Below are positions 1-8,624 of a stretch of DNA of 64,000 bases, one piece after another. Below the pieces are notes generated by a model. That model was not told where the DNA came from. It saw only the letters and a program-made list of their open reading frames with translations, and did no database searches. The DNA lies in assembly GCA_963777085.1 (NCBI GenBank), contig CAVZPI010000010.1, positions 10,065 to 74,064 of the forward strand, written 5' to 3'. A program made the position numbers and the translations under genes. Numbering within the stretch: the stretch's first letter is position 1; every line of letters starts with the position of its first letter. The DNA comes from an uncultured Actinomycetes bacterium (GTDB taxonomy: Bacteria; Actinomycetota; Actinomycetes; S36-B12).

Positions 1-2
1 GG

Positions 3-407
3 ATTCGGGCGGCCCACCCCGACTGGGCGAGCGGCTGGTCTGGCACGACCTGGTCGTGGACGACGCTGCCATACGGCCGCTCGGGCATGTGGTACGGGTT
101 GGCATTCACGCGGAGTGGTCCTCGTGTGGAGCTCTACTTCGGCGCAAGCGATGCCGCAGAGAATGCGAACGCGTTCGAGAGGTTCGTCGCGTTCCGGAAC
201 GTTCTCGACGAGGAGTTCGGTCCGGGGCTGGAGTATGACGCGCTACCGGGGAAGAAGGCTTGCAGGATCCACTTCTATCGTCCCGGCGGTGGGGACGTCC
301 TCGATCAGAACGCCCGCGACGAGTACGGCCAGTGGTTCATCGACACCATGGAGCGATTCCGCCCCGCCACGCAGAAGATCAAGGCGCTCATCGAAACTCC
401 CGAGTAG
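3..407 (+). CDS. DUF4268-like domain protein, C-terminal part (5' end lies outside the window)
   Basis: The frame of ORF 87..407 stays open back to base 3. The GPRVELYF...ACRIHFYRPGG pattern is recalled from the DUF4268 family. GC3-rich frame. Confidence 0.5.
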   Translation: MRAAHPDWASGWSGTTWSWTTLPYGRSGMWYGLAFTRSGPRVELYFGASDAAENANAFERFVAFRNVLDEEFGPGLEYDALPGKKACRIHFYRPGGGDVLDQNARDEYGQWFIDTMERFRPATQKIKALIETPE

Positions 408-473
408 CGGTTCGTCGCGCGCGGCCGATGGAGGATGTGCACGACCTCGCGTCCAGCGGGACGGCCCGTTGGT

Positions 474-1538
474 CTATCGATCGGATTTGAGGTTGGGCTC
501 GCGGGGGAACGCGATGGGACCGCCCTCCATTGACATGGTGACGGGTTGTGCGTTGGGAAGTGCGTCAGGAACGAACCTCTCGTCCTCAGGGTGGTGATAG
601 AGCCATTCGCTCGCGTTGGTGACAGTGCTCGAGTTGAAGAATCGTTCCATCCGTGTTGATCCTTGCTCGTCGCCGTCGAGCCGCCCCGCTCGGACATCTT
701 CAACCGGCACCTGATCGGCGAACGGCATCGGGTCGCTCATTAGGAGGCCGAGCTTGCGAGTCAGCGGGTAGGTGATTCCCCACGCCGTCATGAAGCCGAT
801 TCCTTCCCAACGACGTTCATCGGGATGTGGCACCAAGCCGACGGGCGCGTCCGAGGTGATCAGTGAGCGCCTGTTGAATCGGACGAGTGTCCAGGGTCGC
901 CCGGAAACGAATGGAGCGAGCTCTCCGCTGAGCTCGGCCATCTGCCTGATGTGGGCGACAGGTGCTAAGCGTATGGGGGGCCCGGGGGGCTGCGTTGCCT
1001 CCTGCCAAATGACTTCGGCCTGATCGTCGGTGACTGTCGCGCCGTGGTTCCGCTGTACCCACGCCTTCACGCCGGCACGGCCACCGAAGCCGATCTCAAG
1101 GCGAGTCGTTTGCGCGAGGATGTGTTCCACATTGCGCCGGTGGTCCGGGCCGCGTACTGCTTGAAGTGCGATGAACATTGCCAGTCCGGTCCGGTCGCTC
1201 GGTGGGAGTGGCCACGCCCCCCGAGCTATCTTGGAGAAGACCTGCGCTGCCGTCCCTTCGATGTTAGCCAGGAGGCTCTCAAAGACGTCGGGTCCTTCGT
1301 AGTGGCCGGGGACGGTGTGAAAGTGAGTCTCGGTGGCGGCTTTGCGCACTGACTGAACGAACCGCTGATTGCCCGGAAGGCGCACGGTTGATATCTGTCC
1401 GTCATCGGCGAAGCCTCGTAGGTAGAACTGCGGGACGGTGTGATGGCGCTTGGCGGCGGGAGCCTTGTTTGTGCCCACCCCGTGATTATGCGACCTCCCA
1501 CCGACGAATCGGGCTTGTGACCGTGCCCTTCGCCTCAC
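474..1538 (-). CDS. DUF4238 domain-containing protein
   Basis: 354-aa ORF. The N-terminal HHTVPQFYLRGFA motif is the signature I associate with DUF4238 (PF14022). The true start may be an internal GTG. Confidence 0.75.
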   Translation of the reverse strand: MRRRARSQARFVGGRSHNHGVGTNKAPAAKRHHTVPQFYLRGFADDGQISTVRLPGNQRFVQSVRKAATETHFHTVPGHYEGPDVFESLLANIEGTAAQVFSKIARGAWPLPPSDRTGLAMFIALQAVRGPDHRRNVEHILAQTTRLEIGFGGRAGVKAWVQRNHGATVTDDQAEVIWQEATQPPGPPIRLAPVAHIRQMAELSGELAPFVSGRPWTLVRFNRRSLITSDAPVGLVPHPDERRWEGIGFMTAWGITYPLTRKLGLLMSDPMPFADQVPVEDVRAGRLDGDEQGSTRMERFFNSSTVTNASEWLYHHPEDERFVPDALPNAQPVTMSMEGGPIAFPREPNLKSDR

Positions 1539-1635
1539 TCACCTTGCCTCCCACTCCCCCGACACCAGCCTGTGCTCTTGACCCGCTCCTTCAGGCATTG
1601 CGCTGCGTCGCCGGAAGGGTGATAGCATCGCTGGT

Positions 1636-1983
1636 ATGTCGTGGGGCTCGGTCGAACTCGAACCGCAAGTCCGGGACTGGCTCGAAAGCCTCTCGGGTGC
1701 CGATTTCGGTCATGCGGCGTTCTACGTCGATCTGCTGGCCGAGCGGGGTGTCCTGCTCTCCGAGCCGTACACCAAGCAGTTGGACGGCAAGCTGCGCGAG
1801 TTGCGTTTCGACCTCGGTCGCCAGGCAATGCGCATCACGTACTGGATTGCACCTGGACGGCGGATCATCCTGTTGACGGTCTTCGCGAAGACCAAGGAGA
1901 GGGACCGCGCGCAGGTGGCGCGGGCGAAGAAGGCGATGCTCGCCTGTATGAAGGCTGAGCACTACGTGGAGAAGGAGGAGTGA
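1636..1983 (+). CDS. Type II toxin, RelE/ParE superfamily (HigB/Gp49-like)
   Basis: 115 aa with KLRELRF...RITYWIAPGRRIILLTVFAKTKE, typical of Gp49/HigB-like toxins. 4-nt ATGA overlap with the downstream HTH gene. Confidence 0.85.
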   Translation: MSWGSVELEPQVRDWLESLSGADFGHAAFYVDLLAERGVLLSEPYTKQLDGKLRELRFDLGRQAMRITYWIAPGRRIILLTVFAKTKERDRAQVARAKKAMLACMKAEHYVEKEE

Positions 1984-2276
1984 TGGCACGCACATCTTGG
2001 GATGACATGAAGGCCGCTCGCGCGGGTGACTCGGCAGTCGAGGCCGCCTACGCCGCGGCGAGGCTCGCGTTCGAACTGGGGGAGCAGGTTCGTGGTCTGC
2101 GCGAGGAGCGCGGCTGGAGCCAGCGCGACCTGGCCAAGGTCACCGGAATGACCCAGCCTGCGATCGCGCGATTCGAGGCTGGGGGCACGACACCGACCCT
2201 GCCGATCCTCGAGCGCATCGCCAACGCGTTCGACACCACGCTCTCGGTCCAGCTCAAACCCAAGGCTGTCGCTTGA
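1980..2276 (+). CDS. XRE-family HTH antitoxin (HigA-like)
   Basis: 98 aa. The GWSQRDLAKVTGMTQPAIARFEAG helix-turn-helix is present. Translationally coupled to the upstream toxin. Confidence 0.85.
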   Translation: MMARTSWDDMKAARAGDSAVEAAYAAARLAFELGEQVRGLREERGWSQRDLAKVTGMTQPAIARFEAGGTTPTLPILERIANAFDTTLSVQLKPKAVA

Positions 2277-2290
2277 TCCTCGCCGCGAAT

Positions 2291-2420
2291 GTGTGCGAGG
2301 GGGGTGCAGGCGTGCACCCCCAGGGGGGTGCAGAGGGGGGCGCAAAAGTGGCTGTTTGCGAGGGTAACTCGCGGGGTTCGCAACCCGGTGATCGTGCATC
2401 CTCAGTTTCTCCCCGCTACC
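2291..2420. repeat. Repeat family A, copy 1 (about 130 bp, G-rich hairpin plus GGGGGGTGCAG-like direct repeats)
   Basis: Aligns by eye at about 85 percent identity with 4524..4651. Its first 55 nt also match 7567..7619. It contains a 9-bp perfect hairpin, GGGGGTGCA(2300-2308)/TGCACCCCC(2313-2321). It begins 15 nt after the antitoxin stop. Confidence 0.8.
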
Positions 2421-2425
2421 CAATT

Positions 2426-2449
2426 GAAGGTTCAACTAGTTGAATCTTC
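2426..2449. promoter_or_regulatory. 24-bp near-perfect palindrome GAAGGTTCAACTAGTTGAATCTTC (candidate operator)
   Basis: 11 of 12 positions are self-complementary. It is AT-richer than its surroundings and sits at the tail of repeat A copy 1. Confidence 0.3.
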
Positions 2450-2619
2450 GGTACGACCGAGGGTCCCTGAGAGATCAGGGGCCCTTCGTCGTGTCGGGCA
2501 GACCGCGGGCTTCGAGTTGTTGGCTTGGTCGGCCATTTCGCACACCCTCTCAACGGTGTGAGGCGTCGCGGTGCCTCGCAAGTTGGCAGGAGTCATCCAC
2601 CAGAGCGACACCACGAGTG

Positions 2620-3232
2620 TCAATCAGGAGGACAGCAACCCTCCATGTCGGAGGTGCCGATCGTGCCAGCCGTCCGGCCAGGTGCCCGGTGGCCAGACCA
2701 GTACGTGTTCGTGTGCCAGATGACCTGGTCCGGCGACGGCGCACCCCACTCGCTGAGGTCGTCGGTGGTGTGCGCGTCAGCCACCAGGGTCGCGTCGTAG
2801 CCTCGAGCGATCGCCCCGTGCAGGGTGGACCGGATGCACTCGTCGGTCTGCGCGCCAACGACGGCCAACCGGCCGACCTGGAGGCCGGCGAGCACCGCGT
2901 TCGAGGTCGGTGTCATGAAACGAGTCGGCGAGGGTCTTGTGCACCAACAGCTCCGACCCGTCGCGGCGGAGCTCGTCGACGTACTGCCAGGCCTGCGATC
3001 CCTGCGGCATCCCGCCCTCGTCGGCGTGCGCCACCCAGACCACGGGCACGTGCTCCGCCCGGGTCTTGTCGACGAGGACGGCGACGTTTGCGACGACCCG
3101 GTCGCGCTCATATGTCTCGCCGACGACGCCGTTCTGCATGTGCCGGGGGCCACCGATGTAGGTGCCCACCTCGGGCGAGGAGAACAGCTCGATGACCGCC
3201 GCATGGTCGCGGGCCTCGGACTCACGAAGCAC
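2620..3232 (-). pseudogene. Isochorismatase-family hydrolase, frameshifted and N-terminally replaced by a GNAT-like leader
   Basis: The N-terminal half (MQNGVV...VPVVWVAH...LVHKTLADSF) is in the frame of ORF 2777..3232. The C-terminal half (VVGAQTDECIRSTLHGAIARGYDATLVADAHTT) is in the frame of ORF 2620..3306. The switch lies near 2870-2900. Confidence 0.7.
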
Positions 3233-3363
3233 GAGCCGCTCGGTCCTGATCGGGGCAGGCGGCCAGGCGACGGGTCCCAGGTCTGCCGCCCGCGCAGACT
3301 AGCCAACGGTCACAGCTTGAGAGCGGGAGGAGCCTGCATTCGGTGGGACCGAGTGGGCCTCTG

Positions 3364-4179
3364 TCACGAGCCGAAGCGTCGCTGCAGGTCGGCATAGCCG
3401 ATCGCACCGTCGAGGAAGCCGAGCGTTCCGGAGTCGTGCAGCTCTCGGCCGGCGCGCTCCAACATGCTGAGCGCGGCTCGGGCCAAGCTGCCGCCCAAGC
3501 TGACCCGCTTGACGCCCAACAAGAAGAGCATGGGCGCGTCGATCGTGTTCGCCAGTCCTGCCACCACGTTGAGGGGGCCGGGGATGGCGGTGGCGAGCCG
3601 GCGAATCGTGTCCTGTTCGACGACGCCCGGCACGAAGACGCAGTCAGCCCCCGCTTCGAGGTAGCGCACCGCGCGCTGGACCGTCTCGGCGAAGACGTCC
3701 CCCCTCGTGCCAGCGAAGTAGGTGTCAGTGCGGGCGTTCAGCACGAACGTGCCGCTCGGCGCCGCGGCCCGGGCAGCCGCGATGCGGTCGACGGCCTCGT
3801 CGATCCCGAACAGCCCGGTCATTCCGGCGTCCTCGATATTGGCGCCCACCGCCCCGATCTCCACGGCCCGGGCCACGGTGCGACCGACGTCGTCGGGTGT
3901 GTCTCCGTATCCAGCTTCGAGGTCCGCGGTCACCGGCACGCCGACCGCGGCCACGATGCGAGCGACATGCTCGAGCATCGTGTCGCGGTCCAGCGCTCCT
4001 CCATCCGGGACTCCGCAGGACCAAGCGACGCCCGCACTCGTCGTGGCGATGGCCGGGAAGCCGATCTGCTCCAGGATGCGGGCGGAGCCGGCATCCCAGG
4101 CGTTGGGGAGTATGAAGCCGGGACCAGTGTGCAAGGCCAGAAGGGCGGCTGCCTTGTCGGTCGAAGGTCCGGTGATCAC
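3364..4179 (-). CDS. Isocitrate lyase/PEP mutase family protein (methylisocitrate-lyase-like)
   Basis: 271 aa. It carries LPNAWDAGSARILEQIGFPAIATTSAG and GANIEDA motifs typical of the ICL/PEPM superfamily. Confidence 0.85.
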   Translation of the reverse strand: MITGPSTDKAAALLALHTGPGFILPNAWDAGSARILEQIGFPAIATTSAGVAWSCGVPDGGALDRDTMLEHVARIVAAVGVPVTADLEAGYGDTPDDVGRTVARAVEIGAVGANIEDAGMTGLFGIDEAVDRIAAARAAAPSGTFVLNARTDTYFAGTRGDVFAETVQRAVRYLEAGADCVFVPGVVEQDTIRRLATAIPGPLNVVAGLANTIDAPMLFLLGVKRVSLGGSLARAALSMLERAGRELHDSGTLGFLDGAIGYADLQRRFGS

Positions 4180-4523
4180 GCGGCGACCCTGTTGACGTCA
4201 GCGAAGGACGCACCGCCCGAGAGCGGGACATACCCGGGTCCCCGGTCGACGAGCACCTCCGCCCGGGCCGGCCGCGGTGCGCGCGTGGCAACCCTTGCTG
4301 CCGCGTCGTGCTGCAACAGGTCGTGGCCCAGCGCTCGTGAGAACACCGACCCATCATCGTTGATCGCCGTCTCTCGCAACACCCCGGGACTGCCCCGAGT
4401 TCGATTGCCTCCAGCCAAAGCGGGGCAGTCCCGCTTGCGTGAAGTCGGGGATCGTGGTTCCTCTGCAGGGAAAGGGTTCTGGCCCCCTGCCTATCCTTGG
4501 CTCGCCCGGGTCTCGGTGCGAGA

Positions 4524-4651
4524 GTGTGCGAGGGGGTGCAGGCTCGCACCCCCAGGCGGGTGCCGAGGGGGGTGCAGACGTGGCTGTTTGTGAGGTTACT
4601 CGCGGGGAACGCAGCCCGGTGATCGTGCATCTTCGGTTTCTCCCCGCTACC
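4524..4651. repeat. Repeat family A, copy 2
   Basis: Alignable with 2291..2420 from GTGTGCGAGGGGG through GTTTCTCCCCGCTACC. The hairpin GGGGGTGC/GCACCCCC is retained. Confidence 0.8.
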
Positions 4652-5073
4652 AGAAGTCGGGCCGGAAATCGTTGAATACCAACGGTGTTCGGCCCGTGGT
4701 CATTGATCGGCAGAGACGTAGTACCCAGGGCTCTCCGCCGGCTTTCGCGGTTTGGATGTTCGTGCACCCACGGGGTGCAACTCGGTGCATCCCCTACACC
4801 TCGCAGTCCATCCGTTCTCGCAGCCCATCGGCAGATCGGGCGCGTCCCCCAGCCAACATGCGCACGGCGGCGAGTCCACTTGCGAACGGCTCACGACCGC
4901 CAGTACCAGAACGAGAAAGGGCGATCAGCTGTCCGTGAGCGAGGAAATCACATGACCGCCGACACGGAGACTGTCATGTCCGCCGACAGCAGGGCAAGGT
5001 GTCAACCAAACCCGCGGCGATCCCGAGGACGGCGAGTGCCGAGTCGATGTTGGTCAACGGTTGACGTCTGGAA

Positions 5074-5656
5074 TCACCAGTCTGGAAGCGACTTCCTCCA
5101 CGGGTGCCCTTTCGGTAGCCAGTCCTTCTCGCGCGCTGCCCACTCGCGGAACTCCGGAGGCAGCAGTACCGGTGCGGCATGTTGCTCCAATTCGAGAAGG
5201 TCCCATCGATCTTGATAGTGCGTGAACGTGTGCATGGTCGAGCGGGCTCGTTCCACGCCGACATTCCGCGTTCCGGGTTTCGCGGTTGGGTCCGTGAGCC
5301 ATTGCATGTGCTCGATCACTGCAGCGGCTGCGACGTGGCATCGCGGAACAACGAAGCACCGGGGTGCCGCAGTGACGTCGTCCGGTATGGCAACGAAGAC
5401 GAAGAATTCGCGCTCGGCACTGACAGGGTCCTGCGCCTTCGGGCCTAGAGGCCAACTTATGTGTTCGAACCTGGGCCCGCGTGCAGCTTTGACCTGGATC
5501 TCAACGGTTGGACGCCGCGCGTCGTTGCGTCAGGACCGCGAGGATGTCGGTGCGTTCGATGCCGTCGCGCGTCATGGCCGGAGCCCAGCCGCGCCGTGCG
5601 AGTTCGGCTGCGACATGGTGCTCGCCGATGGTCTTCGTTTGCTTGGTGTCTGCCAC
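5074..5656 (-). pseudogene. PD-(D/E)XK nuclease-fold protein, one frameshift
   Basis: GEHHVAAELARRGW...TDILAV is in the frame of ORF 5501..5866. VEIQVKAA...FFVFVAIPDD... continues in the frame of ORF 5074..5319. Together these form a D...ExK motif. The frame change lies near 5505-5530, and a GTG start is proposed at 5656. Confidence 0.55.
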
Positions 5657-5718
5657 GGGCCGGACGCTACTTCCGGGGTACGACAGTCGAGCCACGACCG
5701 TTCGCGAGGACGGTGCGC

Positions 5719-6148
5719 TCAGTGGGCGCGGAGGCTGTGCTCGCCTGCATCGACCATCACCGCGGCGAGGACCGAGAGATGCTCGCGCTGTCTGACTCCT
5801 CTTCGCGGCGGATGCCTGTGAATACTCCGCCGTACTTTGCCTCTCCCATGTGGCACTGGGTCCCATGGATCCAGCACCTGCCGTCGCTGCTCACTTGTCC
5901 GCACGAGGACATGTCATCGAGATGTCGAGCTTCGAAGCCGCCGAAGATCGAGGTGTTGGTGCCACTGACGATCCGGTGGCGGGTGCATACGGCTTGCGGG
6001 TAGCACTTGTCAGTTTGTCGGGCAGTGCCCAATCCGTGATCTCTGGTACTTCCCGGTAGAGCGGTTCATCGCATGAGGGATAGGCGCAATGGGTCGCTCT
6101 GCCGTACAACTCCTTGACTGTCGTCAAGGTTGGGCCAGGGTGCCGCAC
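5719..6148 (-). pseudogene. Possible HNH-endonuclease-like relic spread over three frames
   Basis: The N-terminal TVKELYGRATHCAYPSCDEPL resembles the Cys-pair start of standalone HNH proteins. Downstream similarity is fragmentary across ORFs 5891..6148, 5757..6032 and 5719..5904. Confidence 0.3.
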
Positions 6149-6257
6149 CGATGGAATCTGCCTGTCACTCCATGCGCCTTTGCAACGGATGACACGCGAG
6201 TTTCAACTGGCCTACTCAGTCCGGCGGGATGTCGGTGGGCTCGCCTAAGTTGCCGTC

Positions 6258-6725
6258 GTGGAACTCGGCCGCGGTCCGGAGCGCCAGTCGATCGTCGTTC
6301 GCTGGCTGTGGAACCAGTGTCATCTGTTGGGTGGCCGGCGGGCATACGTCGTGGAGATCCCTGCCGAGGGCACGCTCGGGCTCCCGGGCACGGGGCCGAA
6401 CGACGAGGTGAACGCCTATCTGGAGGGGGTGGCGAGGCAGGTGTCGAGGTGGCCCGGGACTGTCACTGAGGGTCACGTGACCTGCATTGTCTCGGCCGAT
6501 GGTCGTGTCGTCGATGCGTACGTGGATCCGTGGTTTCCCTACTCGAACCTGTGGAATGCATATTGCCCGCTTCGACGCCTGGGTATCCGAGTAGGCGAGC
6601 TCGCCGACCTCCAGAACATCCCCGGTGAGGTGATCCATAAGGCGCTCAACGACGACATCCCATCGGTCTGGTGCCTTGACCTCGACTCATGGGATGGCAC
6701 CGAACTTGAGGGTAGGCGCGGGTGA
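6258..6725 (+). CDS. Hypothetical protein
   Basis: The frame is GC3-rich from about 6345 (VVEIPAEGTLGLPG...DPWFPYSNLWNAYCPL...). The start is uncertain. The ORF ends exactly where the IS3 fragment begins. Confidence 0.45.
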   Translation: MELGRGPERQSIVVRWLWNQCHLLGGRRAYVVEIPAEGTLGLPGTGPNDEVNAYLEGVARQVSRWPGTVTEGHVTCIVSADGRVVDAYVDPWFPYSNLWNAYCPLRRLGIRVGELADLQNIPGEVIHKALNDDIPSVWCLDLDSWDGTELEGRRG

Positions 6726-6846
6726 GGTTCCCGTGGCAATTGGAGATCGCCGAGGCCACCGGCACCTTCGACTGGGTCGCCCGGTTCAACACCGAGCGGC
6801 CCACCAGGCCATCGACGACGTGACACCCCTCGAAGCCGAGGCGTCT
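6726..6846 (+). mobile_element. IS3-family transposase C-terminal fragment (relic)
   Basis: It translates to LEIAEATGTFDWVARFNTERP / HQAIDDVTPLEAE, the conserved end of IS3 OrfB (W..FN..R.H.A....P.E.E). It is split by a 1-nt loss in a C-run near 6799. No catalytic core is present. Confidence 0.6.
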
Positions 6847-6949
6847 TCCCTCTGTCAGCGGGCAGACCCAAGCGCCCGCTGGCGCGCACGGTTGGCCCCG
6901 TTGAGTCGACCCCTCGTATTCGTGGTACTGCTGGTGGTACCATGATTCC

Positions 6950-7210
6950 ATGTCGTCGATAGCCAAGCTTGTCGCCGACATGAGGAACAACCCGAGGAAC
7001 GTCCGCTACCACGACCTGCTGAAGGTTCGCGAGCAGCACTTCGGCAAGCCGCGCAGCAGCGCGACATCGCATGCGGTGTTCAAGACACCGTGGCCCGGCG
7101 ATCCGCGGGTGAACGTCCAGAACGATCACGGCAAGGCTAAGGAGTACGAGGTGCGTCAGGTGCTCGCGGCGATCGCGAAGAAGGAGGCCGAGAATGGCGA
7201 CGAAGCGTAA
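6950..7210 (+). CDS. hicA: HicA-family toxin
   Basis: 86 aa, with HAVFKTPWPGDPRVNVQNDHGKAKEYEVRQVL. It overlaps the start of a HicB-type gene by 17 nt. Confidence 0.6.
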   Translation: MSSIAKLVADMRNNPRNVRYHDLLKVREQHFGKPRSSATSHAVFKTPWPGDPRVNVQNDHGKAKEYEVRQVLAAIAKKEAENGDEA

Positions 7211-7555
7211 GGCGACGGCAGCGCCTGCCGCGGACCACTACACCTATCGGCTCGCCTGGTCGGTGAAGGACAAGAATTCATCGCGACCGTCGTGGAGTTC
7301 CCGTCGCTTTCGTGGATCGCCGACACCCGCGAAGCCGCCCTCGCAGGACTGACGTCCGTTGTGGAGGAGGTCCTGCAGGACATGCTCGCCGAAGGCGAGG
7401 AGATCCCTGCCCCCTGGGACGAGCAGACCTTCTCCGGCAAATTCAACCTGCGACTCGGTCCCGACCTGCACAAGAAGGTCGCCCTCGATGCCGCCGAGCG
7501 CCACGAGTCCATGAACACCTACGTCATCAAGAAACTCGGCCTCGTCGACGTCTGA
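7194..7555 (+). pseudogene. hicB: HicB-family antitoxin with a 1-nt frameshift
   Basis: The ATG at 7194 gives MATKRK..HYTYRLAWSVKD. The rest (EFIATVVEFPSLSWIADTREAALAGL...SGKFNLRLGPDLHKKVALDAAERHESMNTYV) is in the frame of ORF 7292..7555. The shift lies at about 7268-7277. Confidence 0.7.
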
Positions 7556-7566
7556 TGCTCGCCAAA

Positions 7567-7619
7567 GTGCGCGAGGGGGGTGCAGGCTCGCACCCCAGGG
7601 GATGCCAGGGGGCGTGCAG
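7567..7619. repeat. Repeat family A, copy 3 (partial, hairpin-containing core only)
   Basis: GTGCGCGAGGGGGGTGCAGGCTCGCACCCC... matches the first 55 nt or so of copies 1 and 2. It begins 12 nt after the HicB stop. Confidence 0.65.
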
Positions 7620-7717
7620 CCGGTGCATGCTGCCCCCAGCGGGAGTCAGGCAGTGCGGTCCGGGCGCCGGGCCAGACCGCGGGTTCACCCAGTGGCAGTT
7701 CTCGGCGTGCTGGAGCA

Positions 7718-8359
7718 TCATCGGGCCTGCTCCCACGGCAGCGGCTCCAGATCGCGGGGGCCGGCGTCGATCAGCTCGACGATGTCGTGTTCGCCGATCG
7801 GCTTGCCGCCCCAGGCGTCGACGCCGACGTTGATCATCCGTCCGCGCTGACGCCAACTGCGGTGGGCGTGCCCGCACAGGAGCCAGGACCCGTCATCCAC
7901 GGGACGCCATGGGGCGAACTTGTCGATGATCGGCTTTCCGTTTCGCCCGATCCTTGGTGGAGAGTCGCGCTCGCTGAAGGGGAAGTGGGAGACGAGGACG
8001 TCGATTCCGTTGCTCAGGGAAAGGCTCGTGCTCGTCGAGATCAGCTCGCGGAGTTGGCAGCGCTCGCGGTAGACGTCGATGAACCGCTCGCCGCGGGTGC
8101 CGTAGTAGGGGTGGCAGTGGTCGTGGTTGCCGGCCACCAGGGTCACGTCGACGTCGATCCGGGCGAGGTTCGTCAGCGACGAGTCGAGATGGCCGAGTGC
8201 GACGTCGCCGAGGTGCCACAGCTCGTCGCCAGCCTCGACCGCACGGCTGGCGCGGTTCACCAGGTCGACGTTCATGTCGTGCACGTCGACGTAGGGGCGA
8301 CTGCTGAACCGGATGATGTTCTGGTGCCCGTAGTGGGTGTCCGACGTGAAGCGCCGCAT
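7718..8359 (-). CDS. Metallophosphoesterase (calcineurin-like, phage-type)
   Basis: 213 aa with the motifs SDTHYGH, LGDV, GNHD and GHAH. Confidence 0.85.
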   Translation of the reverse strand: MRRFTSDTHYGHQNIIRFSSRPYVDVHDMNVDLVNRASRAVEAGDELWHLGDVALGHLDSSLTNLARIDVDVTLVAGNHDHCHPYYGTRGERFIDVYRERCQLRELISTSTSLSLSNGIDVLVSHFPFSERDSPPRIGRNGKPIIDKFAPWRPVDDGSWLLCGHAHRSWRQRGRMINVGVDAWGGKPIGEHDIVELIDAGPRDLEPLPWEQAR

Positions 8360-8624
8360 GTCCTCAACCCTGCCCCGGGCGCCTGACAGCGGCAGGGCTT
8401 GCGGCGTGACCGGCGCTCCTGGCCATCAGCTCCGGTGGGCACCCGACGCTTGACTCGACTCGGCCCCATCGCCGATACCGTTGAGGGTATGCCTTGGAGT
8501 CCGGAAGTCGCGTGCGTCAGCGGGGGCCGGGTGCAGCGCCGCTGACGGAGAGGCGGGCGGAGTTCGCTCTCCACCTGCGCCGAACACGGCTACGTGCGCG
8601 AAGGCCTGGGTAGTGCGCTGCCGA

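Noticed and set aside
2365-2400. tRNA-like T-arm (GGGGTTCGCAACCC) inside repeat A copy 1, which could have indicated a tRNA 3'-end att site.
   Set aside because: No acceptor stem, anticodon arm or CCA-compatible end can be folded on either strand. Copy 2 has GGGGAACGCAGCCC at the same place, which breaks the T-loop consensus.
2383-2435. RBS + ATG (MHDHR...) on the minus strand of repeat A copies 1 and 2, read as the start of a conserved small protein.
   Set aside because: The two copies need different frames to keep similarity, because indels separate them. All six codon differences I compared are non-synonymous. Both reading frames run antisense into unrelated genes.
4176-4418. 80-aa ORF overlapping the PEP-mutase start by ATGA, considered as a coupled upstream gene.
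   Set aside because: The translation has no recognisable motif and only moderate coding character. It could be the relic of a regulator, but that is unsupported.
8489-8620. Possible IS30/IS481-like HTH N-terminal remnant (..PLTERRAEFALHLR..) between the metallophosphoesterase and the PLA2-like gene.
   Set aside because: It has only about 15 suggestive residues, needs a frame change, and has no downstream transposase similarity. The evidence is insufficient.
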